Below are positions 1-8,582 of a DNA stretch of 64,000 nt, in pieces. The notes under the pieces were generated by a model, which ran no database searches, was not told the DNA's origin, and was given only the letters and a program-made list of their open reading frames with translations. Source of the stretch: Nitrospirota bacterium (lineage in GTDB: Bacteria; Nitrospirota; Nitrospiria; Nitrospirales; Nitrospiraceae); assembly GCA_963703955.1 (NCBI GenBank), contig CAVPGK010000012.1, positions 32,001 through 96,000 on the forward strand. Reading direction: 5' to 3'. A program made the position numbers and the translations under genes. The stretch's first letter is position 1, and every line of letters starts with the position of its first letter.

Positions 1-679
1 CCTCCCGATAGTCCTTGTCTCCCTGTCCCGGATTCATGGGAACATTGATGGTCATTCCATACCCTTCCCCTTCTCCACGCTCAGTCGCCCGGCCCGTCCC
101 CGGATAATAGGGGTACTGGTGGGTGCTGAAAAAGAGAACCGAAGGGTCGTGATAAAAGACGTGCTGGGTACCATTCCCGTGATGGACGTCCCAGTCGACA
201 ATCAACACTCGGCCGACATGATGCTGACGTTGGAGGTAACGTGCAGCGATTGCCACATTATTGAAGAGACAAAACCCCATGGCCCGGTCATACTCCGCAT
301 GGTGGCCGGGAGGACGAACGGCACAGAACACATGGTTCACGTGCCCGGCCACGAGCGCGTCGGCAGCCGCCAAGACTCCCCCCACGGCTCGATAGGCCGC
401 CGGCAACGATCCTGCCGAGATGGACGTGTCCGGATCCAATGAGACTCGCCCGGTGGTAGGCGCACGCATCTTCAGGGCTTTCAAGTACGTAGGGGAGTGC
501 ACGTGCACGATCCATTCATCTGTGGCCAGAGGAGGTTCAATGTGTTGAAGCCGTCTAAGTACCCCGCTGGCGGTCAATCGGCTCACGATAGCCCGCAACC
601 GCTCCGGCGATTCCGGATGTCCTGATCCCATATCGTGATTCAGGAAGTCAGGGTGGTAGACAAAGCCTGTGCGTCCCAT
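1..679 (-). CDS. Histone deacetylase-family (HDAC/acetylpolyamine amidohydrolase-like) protein, 3' end runs off the window
   Basis: Not in the ORF track. Hand translation from ATG at 679 gives MGRTGFVYHPDFLNHDMGSGHPESPERLRAI, and in the same frame VLIVDWDVHHGNGTQ and STHQYPYYPGTG, which are HDAC-family motifs. Confidence 0.92.
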   Translation of the reverse strand, partial: MGRTGFVYHPDFLNHDMGSGHPESPERLRAIVSRLTASGVLRRLQHIEPPLATDEWIVHVHSPTYLKALKMRAPTTGRVSLDPDTSISAGSLPAAYRAVGGVLAAADALVAGHVNHVFCAVRPPGHHAEYDRAMGFCLFNNVAIAARYLQRQHHVGRVLIVDWDVHHGNGTQHVFYHDPSVLFFSTHQYPYYPGTGRATERGEGEGYGMTINVPMNPGQGDKDYRE

Positions 680-805
680 GAGCCGCCCTGGTGGTAACAA
701 CGGCATCGTAGCATGCGCCAGATCGCATAGACAACGATGAGGACGACGTGCTACGGTGATCCATCTACACACGAGTCGTAGCGAACAAGTCGCTGGAGAA
801 TTGCT

Positions 806-1120
806 TTGGCACATCCTCGCATTGAACCTCTGAAAAAAGTCCTGGCGATTGACCCCAACGACGAGGTGGCCTGGTTCGGGTTAGGAAAAGCCTACTTGGA
901 AGATGCGAATTACGGTGAGGCGATTACCGCGCTTCAAAGTTGCATTCGTGTCAAACCAACCTACTCGGCTGCCTATCTTGCCCTTGCACAGGCGTTTCAG
1001 AAAAGCGGGCAGGTCGATCAGTGCCGGCAGGTCTGCGATCAGGGTATCGAGGTCTCGAGCAAGAATGGGGATGCGATGGTGACAAAAAACCTGGGACTGC
1101 TCAAGCAAAGCTTGGGCTGA
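806..1120 (+). CDS. Small tetratricopeptide-repeat protein
   Basis: TPR-like helices (DPNDEVAWFGLGKAY, KPTYSAAYLALAQAF); GGAG upstream of a TTG start. Confidence 0.85.
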   Translation: MAHPRIEPLKKVLAIDPNDEVAWFGLGKAYLEDANYGEAITALQSCIRVKPTYSAAYLALAQAFQKSGQVDQCRQVCDQGIEVSSKNGDAMVTKNLGLLKQSLG

Positions 1121-1483
1121 TCTCTTCAACGGAGACCTTTCTGTCTCATGTCCGTTTGGAGCATGGAACCTGGAGCGGCGCGATGTCTGGAAGAAAGCGC
1201 GCCTCCTGGACGCAGGACCAGGCCCCTGAACACCTAAGAGAGAGAAGAGAGGGGGTCTCGGCGTCGGTTGGGAGTTTTACGGATACAATCAGAGCTATGT
1301 CCTGAGTGTGAATGCCGGGCTGGGATCACTTATGGTTCATGGGAACGGACGGGAGAGGGATGAAAGAAAAGTGCTTGCCTTTTTCTGACAAGACGCGTAT
1401 ACGCATTTTCATGGGTCTTCGCCTTCAATCTCTGCTCAGCCTTACTGTGAACCAAGTCCCTTGGAGGTGAAAGGAGGTTGTCC

Positions 1484-2208
1484 ATGCGCCTCGTACTTTC
1501 CTGCCTGATCGGTGCACTGAGTCTCCTGTCCTCGGCCATGAGCTACGCCGATTCGTTCACGATCAACGAAGGGGATTTTACATTCGACGCAATTCGGTTT
1601 AGCGCAGTTTTGACGTCGCGGGCGACGGCATCCGAGGCGGAGCGGGGTGACAACGTGGCAGTTTCGCTTTGGAGGTCCGGTCCTCCACCACGCCGGTACC
1701 ACCAGGAACGAATCTCCGGATTGAACTGCGCGCGGTCGAGGGTCGACTTGAACTTTAGTCAGCTTCACAGTGAATGGTGCAACCGTTTCCGGGACCTGGC
1801 TCGCTGCGGCGGCTTTTCGGGTCGACGGTCACTGGACCTGTGAGCCGCGTCACACTCCCCTCGACCCTGCGAACCATTGGCCACGGTACAATTCCCAGCC
1901 GGGTTAAATGGATCCCTTTTGTGCTCGGATCGGCGACCAGGACTGCCGATGATCCCGTCAAGTCTCGTGCCGGCGACGTCAGGTATCGCACATGGGTTTT
2001 CTGGAGAGGGGTAGGCAGTCTCACGTTCCACGGCTCTGCAACGACCGGGCTGTACGGCGGACCAGTAGCACTTACAGCGGACTTTTCTGCCGTTCCTGAG
2101 CCTACGTCCTTGCTGTTGCTGCTGTCTGGGCTAGTCGGATCGAGGATTCAGAGGTGCCAGGCACACATCGCTAACCACAGGGTAAGCAAGAGCGTACAAG
2201 AAATCTGA
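1484..2208 (+). CDS. PEP-CTERM sorting-domain surface protein, broken by several frameshifts
   Basis: AAGGAGG RBS, then signal peptide MRLVLSCLIGALSLLSSAMSYA; C-terminal AVPEPTSLLLLLSGLVG lies in another frame (ORF 1774..2208). Confidence 0.7.
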
Positions 2209-2386
2209 CGAATCCTGCGCCTTCAAGGGTACGATAGTGCGGTGACCCGCACGACCGATCGTCCCAGCCTGCCAGCTTCCACGCACCAGAATACATCGCG
2301 TACCCTGGCCGAATGTGAGTGGCACTTCTCCTTCTCGGGCTTCCGATCGCACCCCCAAACAACCTAGTCCGGACAGTACAGCTCCT

Positions 2387-2686
2387 CTAACCGTCTTTCA
2401 ATAATTCAGGCCTTTCGCGAGCAATAGTGTCGCAAACCTCGTCCAACCATCGCCCAGCGCAGCCGAGCACTTCCCTAACCAGCGGTTCTGGTTGTCCGGT
2501 GCGAGTCATCGTCCAGCGACAGACATATTCCAGCAGGGTATCCCGTCCAAAGGATCTTGTGCTAGTGGTTGCCACGGCAGTCAGTTCGGTCAGACCTGTC
2601 CGAATAATCGTTGAGACTACGTCATGCCCATGAGATGTTCTCGCGGTCACGTATTGGACCGCACGATTGATTTCCTGTTCAGTCAT
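2387..2686 (-). CDS. Hypothetical protein (99 aa, two similar helical halves)
   Basis: Clean ORF; internal similarity AVQYVTARTSHGHDVVSTII / LLEYVCRWTMTRTGQPEPLVREVL. Confidence 0.65.
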   Translation of the reverse strand: MTEQEINRAVQYVTARTSHGHDVVSTIIRTGLTELTAVATTSTRSFGRDTLLEYVCRWTMTRTGQPEPLVREVLGCAGRWLDEVCDTIARERPELLKDG

Positions 2687-2818
2687 TGAATTGTGTTCTG
2701 GTCAGTGGTTCTCACGTCACTTTGGAGCTGTCAGCCCGTCGAACGGGTCAAAAGTCGAAACTGGGCGCACATGATTCCTTGTCCACGCTTTTCGGGATAT
2801 TTGTTCATAAGTTATTGA

Positions 2819-2837
2819 AATAACAATAATAATTATT
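2819..2837. promoter_or_regulatory. Fur-family-box-like AT-rich operator between the divergent 2686(-) and pepF(+) genes
   Basis: AATAACAATAATAATTATT matches GATAATGATAATCATTATC at 14/19; sits inside the inverted repeat GAAATAA-N9-TTATTTC. Confidence 0.4.
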
Positions 2838-2894
2838 TCCATTCCCGGGCAAGCATGATGATATGATCTCAGGCAGGTTTGCGGGAGGACCACC

Positions 2895-4715
2895 ATGAAA
2901 CGACGCCTTATGACACGCCACAATGCGAAACCGCTGTCTCAGCGGTCTCGGCAGGAACATTTGGCTGACCAGTGGGACCTGTCTCACCTTTTCAAAGATC
3001 CCGTCACCGAATTTGATCTTCTGGTGAAGGACCTTGACGCACAGGTGACGAGGTTTGAGGCGTTCCGTGGACCTTTGCACCCACAGATTCCAGCAGACAC
3101 GTTCATTAATCTTCTCCGGCTGCATGAGGAAATCGCCGAGTATTCGGCGAGGCTGAGCGCCTACGCGCATCTTTGGTTTTCTGAAAACACCGGGAATGCA
3201 CATGCACGCACATTCAAAACGAAAGTTGAGGAGCAACTGACGTCACTGCAGAACCGCATGATATTTTTTGATCTCTGGTGGCAATCCGTGGACGACGAGA
3301 ACGCCAAGCGGCTCTTGGATCAGTCGGGTGATTTGAGATACCACCTGGAAACCGTCCGTCGCTACAAGAACCATACGCTATCTGAACCCGAAGAAAAAAT
3401 CATCAACTTAAAGAACACGACCGGGCGTACCGCGGTCAACACCCTATACGACGTGCTGACGAATGGTCTCACCTTCAACCTCACGGTTCAGGGCAAGCGG
3501 AAGAACCTGACTCGCGAACAGCTCTCCGTTTACATGCACAGCCGTCATGCGCATCTTCGGGAGGAGGCGTACAAAGAATTTTATCGCGTCTTTGCCGGCC
3601 ACCGCGACCTCATTGGCGAGATCTATGCCACATTGGTGCACGACTGGAAGAGTGAAAACCTCGAGTTGCGGCGATTCTCATCGTCGATCGGTGCGAGGAA
3701 TCTGGGGAACGACGTGCCGGACGAGGCAGTCGAGGCGCTACTCTCAGTGTGCACAAAGAATACGGCCATCTTTCAGGATTATTTCCGACTCAAAGCGCGC
3801 ATCTGCAAGATCAAGTCTATGAATCGCTTTCACCTCTACGCCCCGCACCGCGCCGAGAAGATGCAGTACCGGTACTCGGATGCGGTCCGTATGGTTCTCG
3901 ATGCGTACGAAAGGTTCTCACCCCGGCTCGGGGACCTTGTCAGGCAAGTCCTGGCTGACCATCACCTGGATGCTCGAACGACCCCGGGTAAGTTGAGCGG
4001 CGCGTTCTGTTACAGCGTCGTTCCAGGCTTCACCCCCTACGTTCTGCTCAACTACACCGGTGAGGCCCGAGACGTCGCCACGCTCGCCCATGAACTGGGC
4101 CATGCGGCTCATGCCATGATGGCGGCAGATCATTCGGTCTTCACATTTCATTCGACCTTGCCTCTGGCTGAAACTGCATCCGTGTTCGGCGAACGGCTGC
4201 TTTCGGAAGCCTTGATGGCAAAGGAATCCAGCAAAGCGGTGAAGCAAGGGCTTCTCCTCGCTCAGCTCGATGACATTTACGCTACCGTCCAGCGGCAAGC
4301 CTACTTTATCCTATTTGAGAAGACCGCTCATGAGATCATTTCGAAGGGCGCGACTGTGAACGATGTCTCTGCAGCCTATCTGGGAAACTTGCGGGAACAG
4401 TTCGGCAAGGCGGTCAGGGTTCCAGATGAGTTTCGATGGGAATGGCTGACCATTCCCCATTTGTTTGGGAGTCCGTTTTACTGCTACGCCTATAGCTTCG
4501 GGAATCTCCTTGTGCTCGCCCTCTACCAGATGTACAAGCAGCAAGGCACCGACTTTGTACCAAAGTATCTCAACCTGCTTGCAGCGGGTGGGTCCAAAAG
4601 TCCGGAGGCCATCCTACAGGAGGTCGGGGTCAATATACGCTCGGAGAGCTTCTGGCAGTCGGGCTTTGACACCATCGCACAAATGGTGGACGAGTTGGAG
4701 CGGACAGAGAGTTGA
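2895..4715 (+). CDS. pepF: Oligoendopeptidase F (M3B metallopeptidase)
   Basis: N-terminal WDLSHLF, GKLSGAFC, HELGH zinc motif, LAETASVFGE, PHLFGSPFYCYAY; GGGAGG RBS. Confidence 0.93.
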   Translation: MKRRLMTRHNAKPLSQRSRQEHLADQWDLSHLFKDPVTEFDLLVKDLDAQVTRFEAFRGPLHPQIPADTFINLLRLHEEIAEYSARLSAYAHLWFSENTGNAHARTFKTKVEEQLTSLQNRMIFFDLWWQSVDDENAKRLLDQSGDLRYHLETVRRYKNHTLSEPEEKIINLKNTTGRTAVNTLYDVLTNGLTFNLTVQGKRKNLTREQLSVYMHSRHAHLREEAYKEFYRVFAGHRDLIGEIYATLVHDWKSENLELRRFSSSIGARNLGNDVPDEAVEALLSVCTKNTAIFQDYFRLKARICKIKSMNRFHLYAPHRAEKMQYRYSDAVRMVLDAYERFSPRLGDLVRQVLADHHLDARTTPGKLSGAFCYSVVPGFTPYVLLNYTGEARDVATLAHELGHAAHAMMAADHSVFTFHSTLPLAETASVFGERLLSEALMAKESSKAVKQGLLLAQLDDIYATVQRQAYFILFEKTAHEIISKGATVNDVSAAYLGNLREQFGKAVRVPDEFRWEWLTIPHLFGSPFYCYAYSFGNLLVLALYQMYKQQGTDFVPKYLNLLAAGGSKSPEAILQEVGVNIRSESFWQSGFDTIAQMVDELERTES

Positions 4716-4816
4716 CACTTTGTCCATAGTTTTATAATATATTTCGGTAGCTTAGGCGTCATAGCCTTTCTACCTGTAACCCCTCTTAACTTTCTTACCC
4801 CCGGCAAAGAAACTCC

Positions 4817-4845
4817 TTGACAGTTCTGTTTTCTCCGTCTATACT
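4817..4845 (+). promoter_or_regulatory. Sigma70 promoter for bfd
   Basis: TTGACA (4817-4822), 17 bp spacer, TATACT (4840-4845). Confidence 0.75.
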
Positions 4846-4855
4846 TTCTTCTGTT

Positions 4856-4874
4856 GATAACAATTCTCATAATC
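4856..4874 (+). promoter_or_regulatory. Fur-box-like operator
   Basis: GATAACAATTCTCATAATC, 14/19 to the Fur consensus, just downstream of the -10 box of a bfd-like gene. Confidence 0.65.
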
Positions 4875-4928
4875 GTTTTAGGGGCATACGGACCACTTTA
4901 TATTTGGTGACCAAGGAGGAGACCTCAG

Positions 4929-5114
4929 ATGTATGTTTGTCTCTGTAAGGGTCTAACCGAAACAGACGTCCAACGCGTCGTCCGCGATGGAGTAGTAGGA
5001 CCGGACAGGGCCATTAGTGCTCTTAGGCTCGACGATGATGATTGCTGCGGGCGCTGCGCCAGAAATATCCATGAACTGATCAATGTCACCTGCGGGAGTG
5101 CCGCATGCGGCTAG
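4929..5114 (+). CDS. bfd: Bacterioferritin-associated [2Fe-2S] ferredoxin (Bfd-like)
   Basis: MYVCLCKGLTE...CCGRC pattern, 61 aa, AAGGAGG RBS. Confidence 0.85.
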   Translation: MYVCLCKGLTETDVQRVVRDGVVGPDRAISALRLDDDDCCGRCARNIHELINVTCGSAACG

Positions 5115-5221
5115 ACCGCAGCCACTGATGCCGGAATCAACGGTTCAATGAATCGGCGGGAAAAACCCGGTCACCTAGCGAAAACGAATCTTCCGTGAGC
5201 GAGTGAAGAACCCCAAACGTC

Positions 5222-5812
5222 CTACGACTTCTTTCCTGCCCTCACGATCCGAGCAACTTCCGCCACCCGCTGTCCCAACATCCTCGCAGCCTCGAGTTCT
5301 TTCTCGTCGATTCCCGGACTGTCTCCTTCTGTGGTCGCCGAGGCACCCAATGCTCCGCCCCCGCTGACGACAATCATCTGATTCCCCAGCATCGCCGCAA
5401 GAATCGTCAACATGGTCACTTCCTTCCCTCCTGAGATTTGTCCGCCAGTGGTGAAGGCGGCTCCAACCTTGTTGCGCATTTTGAACTCCGGGAAGACTCC
5501 GAACTTGAGTTGCCAATTGTCGAAGAAGGTCTTAACCTCCCCCGCCATATTGGTCCAATAGACCGGTGACCCCACGATTAGAGCATCAGAAGAAAACAGA
5601 TCCTCGGCCGTGACTTGTCCGACTCGTTTGAGGCGCACCTCAGTTCCCGGCACACCGTTTGCCCCCTGCGCAACCGCCTCAGCCATTTTTTCCGTATGGC
5701 CGCTCACCGAATGATAGGCCACCAAGACGGCCACCGCTTGATCCAGGGCCGTCGCCGTGCCGGACCACCCCAGAAACCACATCACTACTGCAAGGGTCAG
5801 GACCTTCCCCAT
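5222..5812 (-). CDS. WrbA-like flavodoxin / NAD(P)H-dependent oxidoreductase with a predicted signal peptide
   Basis: YHSVSGHTEKMA FMN loop, GSPVYW, KVGAAFTTGG; hydrophobic N-terminus ending ATA. Start chosen at MGKVL (5812). Confidence 0.85.
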   Translation of the reverse strand: MGKVLTLAVVMWFLGWSGTATALDQAVAVLVAYHSVSGHTEKMAEAVAQGANGVPGTEVRLKRVGQVTAEDLFSSDALIVGSPVYWTNMAGEVKTFFDNWQLKFGVFPEFKMRNKVGAAFTTGGQISGGKEVTMLTILAAMLGNQMIVVSGGGALGASATTEGDSPGIDEKELEAARMLGQRVAEVARIVRAGKKS

Positions 5813-5933
5813 GCTGTGCGCTTCGTGAACTAACAGGCCCAATTGAAAAAGGGGGAGACCACAGAGGTCTCGACGTTTGTGATAAGCCGCGCCGTCACAC
5901 CCCTAACCTGGTCATGATAGACACGCAGGCCGA

Positions 5934-6122
5934 TCAATGGCGGATCGTTTCCTCGTCCATATACTCTTCGACTGACACTTCGGTCAACGTTCCGCGATAG
6001 TCGCACCGATGACACCGAATTCGCCACTCCTCAAGCCATTTCTCTTGGACATAGGATTGGCGGCACTTCGGGCACACGAACACTCCCTTTTTGAATAAGA
6101 CCCGACGCTTTTCTTTCATCAT
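5934..6122 (-). CDS. Small zinc-ribbon protein
   Basis: CPKC-x16-CHRC in 62 aa. Confidence 0.65.
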   Translation of the reverse strand: MMKEKRRVLFKKGVFVCPKCRQSYVQEKWLEEWRIRCHRCDYRGTLTEVSVEEYMDEETIRH

Positions 6123-6205
6123 TCACCCGCGATGACGTTGCTCAAAAGGATGGCACAGCATGAGTTCTGATTTCAAGGTGGAGGATCGCCTTTCGCATCG
6201 GGCGC

Positions 6206-7903
6206 TCACTCCTTTTCGCCTGCGGTTGGATTTTGCCTCTTGATCTCTTCTTCTACCAACAACCGACGCAAGACCTTCCCGACCAGCGATTTGGGAAGTT
6301 CGCTCCGAAACTCAACCTTCTTCGGGACCTTAAACCTAGCGAGTTCTTTTCGGCAATGCTCCAACAGCTCTGCCGCTGTCGCTTCCTCGCCGTCTTTGAG
6401 CACCACGTAGGCCTTGATCGACTCACCTCGCATTCCCTGAGGGAGACCGACCACGACCGCTTCCTTTACCTTGGCGTGACGATACAGCACCTCTTCCACC
6501 TCGCGAGGGTAAACATTCTCTCCCCCCGACTTGATCATGTCCTTCTTGCGGTCCTCGATATAAAAGAATCCATCGCTATCCATGCGGGCGAGATCACCCG
6601 TATAGAGCCATTCTCCTCGCAGCACCTGACGAGTCTCGTCCTCTCGCTTCCAATATCCTCGCATCACCTGGGGACCGCGGATGACGAGCTCGCCGATCTC
6701 CCCGACCGGAAGTTCATGCTCTCCGGTTTCGACATCCACAATCTTCGCCTCCGTGTCCGGCAAGGGTAGACCGATGCTTCGGCGGCGCCGCCGCTTCGCC
6801 TCCGCTTCGACCGGGTTCACATGGGTGACCGGCCCGGCCTCCGTCAACCCATAGCCCTCGACCAAACGAGCGCCCGTGAGAGCTTCAAAGCGCTCCTGGA
6901 CAGACTGATGCAGCGGACCGGCGCCACTGATGCATAAACGGATCGAATGAAGATCGTATCGATCCAGGCGCTGATGATTGTTGATGGCCGAATACATAGC
7001 CGGAATTCCCGGAAAGACCGTCACCCGCTCCCGAGTGATCGTCTCCAACACCTCGGTCGCCTGAAAGCGAGGCAGCAAGGCCAGCGCTCCGGCCACACTG
7101 ATCGCCAAATTCTGACAAGCGCTCATCCCGTACACGTGAAAAAAGGGCAAGACTGCGAGAAACGTCTCCTGTCCTTCGCGAAGCGACGGCATCCAGTTTC
7201 GGCATTGCCATGTATTCGAAACCAGATTACGGTGGGTCAGTTCGACACCTTTCGGAACGCCAGTGGTTCCTCCAGTGTATTGGAGGAGGGCGATATCATC
7301 CGGGGACACCTTCACGCAGGGAGGTTGCGCGGGTCCAGTCATGATCTGTCGCAGAGAATAGGCAGCGGAAGAACGACGAGCGCATCGTACAGAATCAGAT
7401 CGAGGTTTCATCCAAGGATAGAGAAGGCGCTTGAACCAGGGCAAATAATCTTCTGGCCCGGCCAAGATGACGCGCTTGAGACAAGCACGCCTCATTAAAG
7501 GTTCAATCCGCGGAAAGAATTGATCCAGCGCCACCAGCGTCTCACACCCGGCATCCGTGAGTTGGCGCTCGATTTCAGTCTCCACATACAAGGGATTCAC
7601 AGGGGTGACGGTCGCACCAGCCTGAAGGGTTCCGTAAAAGGCGATCACCATCTGCGGAAGATTCGGCAACATGAGACCTACCACTGAACCCGGACGAATC
7701 TCGAACCTGAGCAAGGCCTGGGCGAATCGGTTCACCAGATCGGTCAGCTGGCGATACGTGATGACTCGGCCATAGTAGGTAATGGCCGGTCGGTCGGGAA
7801 ACTTATCGGCGGCGCGAGACAGAAGGTCTGGGAGAACTCCCGGCGGATACGCAAGGCTGGGGGGAACATTGGGATCGTATTGCGCTCTCCAGATCGCGTC
7901 CAT
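6206..7903 (-). CDS. Long-chain fatty acid--CoA ligase (FadD-like)
   Basis: LQYTGGTTGVPKG AMP-binding loop, EGYGLTE, YTGDLA, LPKSLVGKVLRR. Confidence 0.92.
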   Translation of the reverse strand: MDAIWRAQYDPNVPPSLAYPPGVLPDLLSRAADKFPDRPAITYYGRVITYRQLTDLVNRFAQALLRFEIRPGSVVGLMLPNLPQMVIAFYGTLQAGATVTPVNPLYVETEIERQLTDAGCETLVALDQFFPRIEPLMRRACLKRVILAGPEDYLPWFKRLLYPWMKPRSDSVRCARRSSAAYSLRQIMTGPAQPPCVKVSPDDIALLQYTGGTTGVPKGVELTHRNLVSNTWQCRNWMPSLREGQETFLAVLPFFHVYGMSACQNLAISVAGALALLPRFQATEVLETITRERVTVFPGIPAMYSAINNHQRLDRYDLHSIRLCISGAGPLHQSVQERFEALTGARLVEGYGLTEAGPVTHVNPVEAEAKRRRRRSIGLPLPDTEAKIVDVETGEHELPVGEIGELVIRGPQVMRGYWKREDETRQVLRGEWLYTGDLARMDSDGFFYIEDRKKDMIKSGGENVYPREVEEVLYRHAKVKEAVVVGLPQGMRGESIKAYVVLKDGEEATAAELLEHCRKELARFKVPKKVEFRSELPKSLVGKVLRRLLVEEEIKRQNPTAGEKE

Positions 7904-7954
7904 TCAGGTTCCCGTCCACTTGACAGGCCGGACAAGTGGCCCTACGATTCGTTC

Positions 7955-8440
7955 ATGCTTCGGCTGTTGGCCCGAGCCGCGCTCGTCGCCTCCATGTCAC
8001 TGCTCACCGCGGTGCCGAACACCGGGGCAGGCTCCGCATCCTCGGCCAACGAAACCCTGATCTCCATCACGACTCCCGGAGGTGTGACCATCCTGGCTGA
8101 ACTGGCCGATACCGCGGAGAAGCGAGGGCGAGGCCTGATGTTCCGAGAATCATTGGCCAAGGACCGCGGCATGCTGTTCACATTCAGCGAGCCTCAGCAA
8201 TGGACCTTTTGGATGAAGAATACCCGCATTTCCCTTGACATCATCTGGATGGATGCGAAAAAGACAATCGTGCATGTAGAACGCAAGGTCCCGACGTGCA
8301 GTCGCACCGACGATGGATGCCCTCAATATCAGCCGAATGATGCTGCCGTCTACGTATTGGAACTCGCTGCAGGTGTGGCGGATTCCTTGAAATTGCAGCG
8401 TGGAGTGACCTTGAAGTTCCACGTAGCTAGAGGGTCGTAG
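7955..8440 (+). CDS. DUF192-family exported protein
   Basis: ELADT..RGRGLMFRE, GMLF, FWMKNT.I.LDII, YVLEL.AG; signal peptide from MLRLL (7955). Confidence 0.88.
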   Translation: MLRLLARAALVASMSLLTAVPNTGAGSASSANETLISITTPGGVTILAELADTAEKRGRGLMFRESLAKDRGMLFTFSEPQQWTFWMKNTRISLDIIWMDAKKTIVHVERKVPTCSRTDDGCPQYQPNDAAVYVLELAAGVADSLKLQRGVTLKFHVARGS

Positions 8441-8582
8441 TCCAACGGACATTCACCAGCCAGCCACAGGCACTATCTCATCCGCCGTTTCACCCGCCCA
8501 CCCCAAGCGCGCCAAGACGTGCCCCTTACTGATCTCAGTCATCCCCGAGCCAGCCAACACGAAGTCTTCCCGGGAGCGCCAG

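Noticed and set aside
8445..8580. C-rich intergenic stretch between the convergent DUF192 and rel genes, possibly a dispersed repeat
   Set aside because: Only one copy seen in the window and no clear hairpin; needs a genome-wide search
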